Below, in pieces: positions 54,101 through 64,000 of a DNA stretch of 64,000 nt; position 1 is the first letter of the stretch; each line of letters starts with the position of its first letter. The notes under the pieces are model-generated. The model searched no databases, was not told the DNA's origin, and saw only the letters and a list, made by a program, of their open reading frames with translations. The position numbers and the translations under genes are program-made. The DNA is from the human T2T-CHM13v2.0 reference genome, Homo sapiens. Where the stretch lies: NCBI RefSeq assembly GCF_009914755.1, contig NC_060932.1. One strand, written 5' to 3'.

Positions 54101-54800
54101 CTCTCAAGTGAAACCTTATAAGCCAGAAGAGATTGGGTGCTTATATTTAACATTCTTAAAGAAAGAAATCTTCAACCAGGAATCTCATATCCAGTCAAAC
54201 TAAGCTTCCTAAGTGAAGGAGAAATAAGACCCTCTTCAGATAAGCAAATGTTGAGGGACTTTATTACCATCAGACCTGCTTTATGAGAGATCTTACAAGG
54301 AGTACTAAATATAGAAAGAAAGTACTGCTACCAGCTAATAAAAAAACACACTTAAACACACAGAACAATGTCACACATAAACAAGCCAACCTAATAAGCA
54401 CAACAAGCCAGCTAAAAGCACAATGACAGGATCAAATCCACACATATCAATACTAACCTTGAGTGTAAACAGGCTAAATGTCCCGCTTAAAAGACAGAGT
54501 GGCAAGATGGATAAAAAAGCAAGACCCAATCAATGGTAGGCTGTCTTCAAGAGACCCATCTCCCATGTAATGACACTCATAGGCTCAAAATAAAGGGATG
54601 GAAAAAAGCCTCCAAGCAAATGAAAAAAAGCAAAAAAGCAGGGTTTCAATTTTAATTTTAGACAAAACAGATTTCAAACCAACAATGATCAAAAAAGACA
54701 AGGGAGGGCATTACATAATGCTAAAAGGGTTCAATTCAATAAGAAGACCTAACTATCCTAAATATGTATGCACCTAACACGGGAGCACACATATTCACAG
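51145..54800 (+). mobile_element. L1 (L1P4/L1PA15-16-type) 5' UTR, ORF1 and start of ORF2; 3'-truncated
   Basis: ggccaagctggccaactagaagcagc 5' end; repeated gccaccatctttgctgtt; ORF1 peptide ENMFQDIIHENFSNLSREANSQIQEIQRTP; ORF2 start atgacaggatcaaatccacacata at ~54423. Confidence 0.9.
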
Positions 54801-54819
54801 ATACTTAGGGTGAAGATGA

Positions 54820-55340
54820 GAAAAAAAAACTCCCCCTGCTTCCTTAAGCGGTAGAAGAATTTAACCATTTCAAATACACTCATTGTGTTCTGTTCTCAAT
54901 AACAAAGACCTGTTCTCAAGGGAAACTGTTTTGCCAGAGCCTAACCTACCTACAGAGAAAGGGAAGATAAATACCCATCTCCAGCAACCCTCAGGATTCC
55001 TGTCTCACCTAAGGGGATTGAAGGGAAGCTGAGTTCTTGTGAAGGTCACAGCTTAGAGATACTGGGCCACTTAAAGACTGAGATATGATGTGGGAATACA
55101 AAATGTTTCTGACCCCTCAACCCTTGCCCCTGTATCTACAGACCTCCTGTATGATAACTGAAAATTAAAACTGAAACAAATGTAAGATTCAACCTTCTTC
55201 AAGAAGGAATCTCTAGGAAAACTGAAAAGTAATGTGAGAGACAAAAATGAGGTCAGAAGAGGAAAATTTAGCCCCTGATAACTACAGTTGTAACGAATGG
55301 TAAACACAGTCTAACTCTTAGCCAGAAAATCATAAACCCT
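54820..55340 (+). mobile_element. Old L1MC-type 5' region fragment
   Basis: caagggaaactgttttgccagagcctaac…cctgtctcacctaagggg…ggtaaacacagtctaactc. Confidence 0.5.
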
Positions 55341-55914
55341 AAGATGACTATAAACTTTTTTAACTTAGTAATATGTATTTAAGTTTCATCCATGTAATTT
55401 TATGGCTTAATAGCTCATTTCTTTTTTATTGTTAAAGAATATTCTGTCATATGGGTATGTTATAATTTATATACTCACATATTGGATTATATCTTGTTGC
55501 TTCAAATTTTGGGTAATTATGAATAAAGTTTTTAAAAACTTACACGTGCACAATTTTGTGTGGACATGGGTTTTCAAATCAGTTAGGTAAATGGATAGGA
55601 GTGCAATTTCTGAAAAATGTAGTAAAATTTTGTTCTTCTCTGTAAGAAACTGCCAAGCTCTTTTCCAAAGTGTCTGTATTATTTTGCATTCCTGCCAGCA
55701 ATGAAAGAGATTTCTTATTGCTCTACATTCTTGCTAGCATTTTGTATTGTCAATTTTGTTTGATTAAAGCCATTGTAACAGGTATATAATGGTATCTTAT
55801 TTTTGCTTAAATTTGCAATTTCTTAATTACATATTATGTTGAGCATTTTTTTCATGTAGTTATTTATCATCTGTATACCTTCTTTGCTGAGGTGTCTGTC
55901 AAGATCTTTTGCCT

Positions 55915-57603
55915 ATTTATTTATTTATTTATTTATTTTAACATTTATTTTCATTTCAGTGGTACATGTGCAGATTGGTTTCATAATTAAATTGTATATT
56001 GTGGTGGTTTGTTGTACATATTACTTCGTCATCCAGTTAATAAGCATAATGCCAAATAGATAGTTTTTCAGTCCTCACCTTCCTCTCACCCACCAACCTC
56101 AAGTAGGCCCTGGTGTCTATTATTTCCTTCTTTGTGTCCTTGTGTGCTCAGTTTCGAGCTCTCACTTGTAAGGGAGAACATGTGGTGTCTGGTTTTCTGT
56201 CCTAAATTAGTTCAATTAGGATAATGGCCTCCAGCTCCATCCATGTTACTGCAAATGACATGACCTCATTCTTTTTTATGACTGCATAGTATTCCATGGC
56301 ATATATGTACCACATTTTCTTTATCCAATCTACCATTGATGGGCATTTAGGTTGATTCCCTGTCTTTACTATTGTAAATGGCTGGAATGAACATATGTGT
56401 TTATGTGTCTTTATGGTAGAATAATTTATATGACTTTGGGTATATACCCAAAATGGTATTGCTGGGTTAAATGGTAGTTCTACCTTCTTTGATAAATCTC
56501 AAAAGTTCTTTCCACAGTGGCTGAACTAGTTTAGATTCCCACCAGCAATGTATAAGCGTTCTCCTTTCTCTGCAACTTTGCCAGCATCTACTGGTTTTTG
56601 ACTTTTTAATAATAGCCCTTCTGACTGGTGTGAGATGGTATCTATCTCATTGTGATTTGGATTTGCATTTATCTGATGATTAATGATGTCGAGCCTCTTT
56701 TCATATGTTTGTTGGCTACATATATGTCTTCTTTTTAAAAGTATCTGTTAATGTCGTTACTTTTTAATTAGGTGGTTTGCTTTTTGATTGTTAATTTGTT
56801 CAAGTTCTTTATTGATTCTGGATATTAGACCTTTATCAGATGCATAGTTTGCAAATATTTTATCCCATTTTGTGGGATATTTATTTACTCTGTTGATAGT
56901 TTCCATTGCTGTGTAGAAACTCCTTAGTTGTATTAGGTCTCATTTGTCAATATTTATTTTTGTTACAATTGGGTTTGAGGACTTAGTCATAAATTCTTCC
57001 CTAAGGCTGATGTCCAGAATGGTGTTCATTAGGTTTTATTCAAGGATTTTTATAGGAAAGGGTCCAGATTCAGTCTTCTGCATATGGCTAACCAGTTATC
57101 CCAGCACCATCCACTGCTTGTTTTTGTCAAGATCAGATCATTGCAGGTATGTGACTTTATTTCTGGGCTCTCTATTCTGTTCCATTGTTCTATGTGTCTC
57201 TTTGTACTAATATCATGCTGCTTTGGTTACTGTAACCTTGTAGTATAGTTTGAAGACAGGTAATGTGATGCCTCCAGCTTTGTTCTTTTTGCTTATGATG
57301 CTTTGGCTATTGTGCTCATTTTTGGTTCCTTGTTAATTTTAGAATACTTTTTTCTAATTCTGTGAAGAATGTCATTGGCAGTTTGATAGGAATAACACTG
57401 AATTTGTACGTTGCTTTGGACATTATGGCCATTTTAATAATATTAATTCTTCCTATCTATAAGCACAGAATGTTTTTCTATTTGTTTGTGTAGTCTCTGA
57501 TGTTTTTCATCAGTGTTTCATAATTCTTATTGTAGAGATCTTTCACCTCCCTCATTAGCTGTATTCCTAGGTATTTTATTTTTGTGTGTGGCTATAGTGA
57601 ATG
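55915..57603 (-). mobile_element. L1PA(old)/L1PB 3' portion
   Basis: (TTTA)n tail, ggtacatgtgcagatt, gatgcctccagctttgttctttttgctt; diverged TSD ttgcctattt/ttgctcattt. Confidence 0.9.
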
Positions 57604-58319
57604 TTGCTCATTTTTAAAATTGGGTTGTTTATTTTCTTATTCTTGAGTTTCAAGTGTTCTTGTATATGTCGCATATATATCAGATATTTGTTTTGCAAAT
57701 TTTTTTTCTGAGTCTATGGCTTGTTTCTTTTATTCTCTTTGCAGTGCCTTTTTCATAGTAAAAGTTTTTAATTAAAAAAGTTTCATATCATGTTTTTCTT
57801 CATGGTTTGTACTTCTGATATTTTATCTACAAAGTCAAGCCAAAAGCAAGATCCCCCATATTTTCTTCTGGAAATTTTATAAGTCTAGGATGAATTCTAA
57901 CTTAATTATTTGTGTAAGGTGCAAGTTCAATGAGGTACATTTTTGTATATCAATGTCCACTTATTCCAACATCATTTGTTGGAAAAACTAATCCTTTACA
58001 TTTAAATTGCCTTTGTCAAAGATCAGTTGACTATATATGTTTGGGTCTATTTGTGGCATTTATATTTTGTTCTATTTATGTATTTCTATATTCTTTGACC
58101 AATACCATGCTGTCTCGATAACAGTAGACATATAGTAAGCCTAGAAATAGATTGTGTACATCACATATACTCAAACTTGGTTCTTCTTAAGTTTTTGTTG
58201 GCTATTCAAGGTCTTTTCCCTTTTTGTATAAACTTTAGAATAAATTTTGTTTAATGTGGCATTGAATCAGTAGATCAAGTTAAGAAAAATGAACTTTTTA
58301 ACAATATTGAGTTTTTTTA

Positions 58320-58646
<327 letters not shown>

Positions 58647-58861
58647 ACAATATTGAGTCTTTTAATTCATGAGCTATTTTTCCATATTTAGAGCTTCTTC
58701 AACTTTTTTCATTAGTATTTTATAGTTTACTCATATATTGGTTTTTAAATATATTTTGTTAGATTTATACCTGAGTATTTCCTTTTTAGTGATATTATAA
58801 ATGACCTGTTTTCAAATTTCAAATTATAAATATTCCTTGCTTGTATATAAGAAAGCAATTG

Positions 58862-58862
<1 letters not shown>

Positions 58863-58895
<33 letters not shown>

Positions 58896-59335
58896 GTAAG
58901 CTCTGGGATACATGTGCAGAATGTGCAGGTGTGTTACATAGGTATATATGTGCCATGGTGGTTTGCTGCACCTAACAACTCATCATCTAGGTTTTAAGTC
59001 CCACATGCATTAGGTGTTTGTCCTAATGCTCTCCCTCCCTGTATTCCCCACTCCCCAACAGGCCCTGGTATGTAACGTTTCCCTCCCTGTGTCCATGTGT
59101 TCTCATTGTTCAACTCCCACTTATGAGTGAGAACATGCAGTGTTTGGTTTTCTGTTCCTGTGTTTGCTGAGAATGATAGCTTCCAGCTTCATCCATGTCC
59201 CTGCAAAGGACATGAACTCATTCTTTTTTTTATGACTGCGTAGTATTCCATGGTGTATATGTGCCACATTTTCTTTATCCAGTCTATCATTGATGAGCAT
59301 TTGGGTTGGTTCCAAGTCTTTGCTATTGTAAATAG
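58863..59335 (-). mobile_element. 5'-truncated L1PA (about PA7-8)
   Basis: Poly-T, ggatacatgtgcagaatgtgcagg; peptide FTIAKTWNQPKCSSMIDWIKKMWHIYTMEYY; exact 13-bp TSD agaaagcaattga. Confidence 0.95.
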
Positions 59336-59851
59336 AGAAAGCAATTGACTTTTATATGTCAACCTTATATCCTGCAACTTTGCTATAATTGCTTATTAGT
59401 TCTAGGAGTTCTAGAAAATTTTAAATAGATTATTTTTTTGTTGAAGATTAAATATTTCTGTTCATACTCTTCTTTCTTGCATGTTTTCTGGCAGGAAGTA
59501 TAATTCTTATATTTATTCCTTTACAGCGAATGTCTCTTACTGCCCCCACTTTGATGTATGTATGTGCCAGTATGTATGTAAGTATGTGCCAGTAAGACAT
59601 AATAAGGCATATAACTTCTTAAGATTTATTTTTGACCATTATGAATTAAAAGGAGAAATCAGTAACAAATTTCTGGAAAAAATACCAATGAGAAATTAAA
59701 TAGTGCCTGTATATTGGATAAAGGGCATAAAATATATATTTCTAAATTATTTATAGAATAATGAATATTGCATCAAATCTTATATGAAGTAGTGAGAGAC
59801 AAACGTACTGGAGAAATCCAGTCTTAAATTATTTCATTTGGAAATAGTGAC

Positions 59852-60172
<321 letters not shown>

Positions 60173-60626
60173 TCAGCAAAATCTGCCTAAGAAATATAAA
60201 TAAATAAATAAAATAAAAATGAAGTTATCTTAATTCACCTATGGGCTGTGGAACAGAAATCAAGCAACTCATTATTAGAATAATTCTTTATTTGAAATTA
60301 GTGGGCTTCAGAAGTTTCAAAGGAGTATTCCAACTTGAGGAAAAGGGCTGGTTTTTTTTTGTTGTTGTTGTTGTTTTAAATAAGATGGTCACCTGATTTA
60401 TAGCATAGTTTCTGGAAAATTCTCTCAAGAAATAAATTGCTCTTTTGAATTACTCGCCATTGTTTTTGCAATTTAGATTGTATCAAGGGGGTGGAGAGCA
60501 GCATTTAGGGGATTAGGTCACACGTAAGAGGGAGGAGGAGGAACGGCTGTCGGCTACGATTACATGAGTGGGCCACAGAGGAAAGTTTCCAGTTCTTCAA
60601 TATCTCAGGCATGAGGTAAATAAACC

Positions 60627-61190
60627 TGTTGACCAGACTCTAAGGTGTTCTTTACTTCATGGTCCCAGGCTTCTGGTATTCATGCGTTCATATAATCCTT
60701 GCTCATAACTTCTTTGTGACTATTAGGATATGTCACAGATAATGGGATGAAATGCTCATGATTATGTTATTTTATATAAAAGACTCCATCTTGCTAGCCG
60801 ACTCATTCTAGATGCTCTCTTTGTTGGTTTAATAGAATAAGTGGGGATATTGGGAAAGTGTATGTGACAAGGAAAAGCGAGAAGCTTATAGGAGCTGAGG
60901 ATGACTGCAAGCTGACAAGTAGCAGGATGTTAGCATGCTCAGTCTTACAACCAAATGGAAATTGATACTGTCAACTTGGGTGGGCTTGTAAGCAGATTCT
61001 TCCTGGCCAAGCTGCTATATGCAAACACAGACCAGACCACAGCTTTATTACAACGCTGAGCTACTCAAATCAGGGGACTCAGTTAAGCTGTGCCTAGGCT
61101 TCTGACCCATAGAAACTGAAATAATAAATGTATGTCATTTTAAGCCATAAAGCTTGTGGTAAACTGATGTCCAGCCATGCATAAGTCACA
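60627..61190 (+). mobile_element. MaLR solo LTR (MLT1E-G-like)
   Basis: cagactctaagg…aagactccatcttgctagc…ttctgacccatagaaactg…ttaagcc. Confidence 0.7.
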
Positions 61191-61229
61191 CAATGCCAAG
61201 GAAAAAAAAAACCTAGAAAACTGTAACAT

Positions 61230-61760
61230 TGGTGAAAATCTATCTGTTTTCATACATGGGAGATTTTACTAAGCACAGAATGGTGAAAGACAAAATAGAA
61301 CTATTGTAAATTTTAATACATATAAATTAAGAACTGCCTATAATAAAGGAAAATACACATAATATCACACAGCAATGTGCATATATTTGCAAAAATTAAA
61401 TTGCATATATAGGTGCAATGTGTGTAACAAAGACAGTATAGTCAAATGAACAGCAAAAAGATGAACAACAAAACTTAAAAATTAATAGTTTTAGAAATTA
61501 ATTCATTAAATAAATTATAGGAGGAAATATGTGTAAATAAAATTAGAAAGAAATAAACGTGAAAGTGACAATTATAGCAAGGTATAATTTTCTATCAACT
61601 TAGCAAAAATTTAAAATGCTTCTGTTTTTGGTGCAGTTAAATTGGCACAATTTTATGGGAGTGATTTTAAAATGTATATAATTAGCCTTAGATTATACTG
61701 TAGCACATCCTCTTAACAGTAGATTTTCCCTGGAATTCTTTTCAAGGAAATAAAAAATTT
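61230..61760 (+). mobile_element. Very old L1 (L1ME-like) fragment
   Basis: ttactaagcacag…aaaattaagaactg…aaattggcacaattttatggga. Confidence 0.4.
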
Positions 61761-61779
61761 ACTCATTTAACAAATAAGT

Positions 61780-63850
61780 GTATAACTTTATAAATTTTTA
61801 CTAGGTGAACACATTATTATAACAGCATACAGGTTGAAAAACACATTACTTTCACTCCATAAACCACTTATGCCTATTTCCAGTAATTACTATTTTTCAA
61901 CACCCAACTCTAAAGAAAGTATCCACTATCCTGATTTCACACACTCTCACTTACCTGACTTTTTAATTATAACTGTTTTGATGAGTGTGCAATGTAACTT
62001 GTGGTTTTATTTTGCATTTTTCTAATGGCTAAACAGATTAAATACCTTTCCATTATTTATTGGTCATATAAATATCTTCTTTTATGAAATCCTGGACAAG
62101 TTATTGGCCATTTTTCTATCACATTTTATTTTTGTTTTATTGATTGTCGAATTTCTTTATGTATTCTGAAAGAGTCGTTTGTTGGATAAATATACTGAAA
62201 ATATTTTTGCTCATGCTTTGGTTTGTCTTTGCACTTTCTCAATGTGGTCTTTGACAGAGAGTTCCTATTTTAATGTAGCAAAATATATCAACTCTTTCTT
62301 TATGGGTCTTGCTTTAAACGTCCTATTTAAAAAATAGTTACCTACCTTTAGGTTTGCAGATCCTCTTCTATGTTTTCCTCTAAAAGCTTTCTTTGCTTAG
62401 CTTTTAAATTCGTATTGACAATTCATCTGAGATTTATTTTTAAGATTTGTGTTAGGTAGAGATTAAGATTCTTCCTTTCCCCAGTCCCCACTCCACCCAC
62501 ATAAAGAGATCCAGTGTATATGTATCCAGCACCATGTATTAAGAAGATCCTTTTTCATTTGGAAATCAGTGTCTTCTTCTTTGTAGTTGCAATCCTCTAA
62601 TGGTACCTGGATCTTTCTGGTGGCCAGCACTCAACCTGAAGCTATCTAGGGATGCCCCCTTGCCCCCTACCACCAGTCTCATTAGCATAAAAAATCACTG
62701 TTATTATTCTGGAGGTTCCAAGAGTCTTACGCTCTTGTGTAGAAACTGGGGACAAAGACCAAATATTATTAACAGAAGATGTCCCTGCAACCCCCTATCA
62801 CTCAGGAAGCTACAAAGGTTTTTATAAACTCTATTACAGGAAACTGGGACAGAGACCACATATATATTCATTTTAGGGTACAATACCACATTTAAAATAT
62901 TGTTAAATTTTATTTTTAAGTTGTTGATAATATAGAGAACACAAATAATTTTTATATGTTAACTTTGTAATTTTAAACCTTGCCAAATTCCCTCAATAAT
63001 CCTAACAGTTTGTAGTTGCATTCTTTGAAGTCTCTATATATATGACCATTTCATCTGTAAATAATGATAGTTCAAATCCCTATACATTTTATTGTATTGT
63101 ATTTGCCTTATTGCACTCTTTAGAACTTTTCTTATAGTATTGCACCATATATCTCTTTTAATTTCAATGTCTTTATATTCTTAAGGATTTGCCTCTTGAA
63201 AGAGAAGGCAGTTGTGTTTGCGTTTGTTTTCTATGCAGTCTGACAGTCTTAGTCATCAAATGGAATCTTTAATTTATATGTATATTTAATGCAGTTATTG
63301 TTATTGATGTATCCTAAATTTTTCTGTATTTTTATTTTTTTCACAGTACTATGTTCTCCTTTCCTCCTTTTTTGATTTGTTTTGGATTAAGGGTATTTTA
63401 TCATTCATTTTCCCTGTGATTACCTTGTTAATTTTACATTTTTTAGTTGTTTTTAAAATATATTTTCCTAGAGACTAAAATATGTATCCTTGGATTTTAG
63501 CATATATCAATAATTTTAGAAAGTAGTCATAAAAATTGCCAAAAACATAGAAAACTTACTCCCACTAGTTTTTATAATTCATGTCATGTATTTTGACTCT
63601 ACCTATATTAAAACCCACCAGACATCATCATCATTATTATTGTAATTGTAGTACTTAGTAGGTTTTGATTTGATTGCTTGTTCAGTGGCTTTTCTTTCTT
63701 TATTACTTGGTTTTTGCTTGAGATCATTTTTTTGTCTGTGTGAAGAATTCCGTGAATAACTTGTTTACTGCAGGTGCATTGATGAGAAATTTTGTTTTGG
63801 TTTGAATACAAAATTCTTTATTTCACCTTCACCATCTAAAAATGTACACT
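61780..63850 (-). mobile_element. Old antisense L1 fragments
   Basis: ttttgcattttctaatggcta; ttttcctctaaaagcttt; catttcatctgtaaataatgatagtt; ctttatttcaccttc. Confidence 0.6.
62615..62890 (-). mobile_element. MER21-like LTR fragment
   Basis: Antisense to the 5' part of the element at 35682 (ggggacaaagaccaaata, atcactcaggaa, ggacagagacca…ataccaca). Confidence 0.7.
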
Positions 63851-63855
63851 ATAGC

Positions 63856-63945
63856 AGCGAGCCAAGATCGTGCCACTGCACTCCAGCCTGGCAATAGAGT
63901 GAGACTCCGTCTCAAAAAAAAACCCAAAACAAACAAACAAAGAAA
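63856..63945 (+). mobile_element. Alu 3' fragment with A-rich tail
   Basis: gagccaagatcgtgccactgcactccagcctgg…gagactccgtctcaaaa. Confidence 0.9.
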
Positions 63946-63947
63946 AC

Positions 63948-64000
63948 CACTTGGGGAGGCCGAGGCGGGGGGATCACGAGGTCAAGAGATTGAGACCATC
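63948..64000 (+). mobile_element. Alu (Sc/Y-type), 5'-truncated, runs off the window
   Basis: gggaggccgaggcggg…gatcacgaggtcaagagattgagaccatc. Confidence 0.9.

Noticed and set aside
51145-57603. Sense L1 5' half plus antisense L1 3' half as one twin-primed inversion
   Set aside because: The geometry is wrong for twin priming, older L1MC DNA intervenes, and the antisense piece has its own TSD.

Overview
This window is AT-rich primate (catarrhine/human-like) genomic DNA, intergenic or deep-intronic, and most of it is nested transposable-element relics. These include many Alus (FLAM, J, S and Y types), L1 fragments of several ages, L2/MIR, MaLR and ERV LTRs, and hAT and Tigger DNA transposons. 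I recognise no intact protein-coding gene, RNA gene or CpG island. The ORF-track entries are Alu, L1 or LTR read-throughs or chance ORFs. The most informative items are: (1) a decayed ERVL-like pol (RNase H plus integrase) on the minus strand at about 5.7-6.65 kb that the ORF track misses; (2) a near full-length Tigger4-type transposon carrying a complete THE1 provirus and an Alu; (3) three local direct duplications; (4) an inverted templated insertion at an L1 deletion junction; (5) a repeat-poor island at about 39.3-41.7 kb with plausible splice sites. Repeat subfamily names come from recall of consensus sequences, not from a search, and boundaries of old elements are approximate. I found no convincing new biological system.
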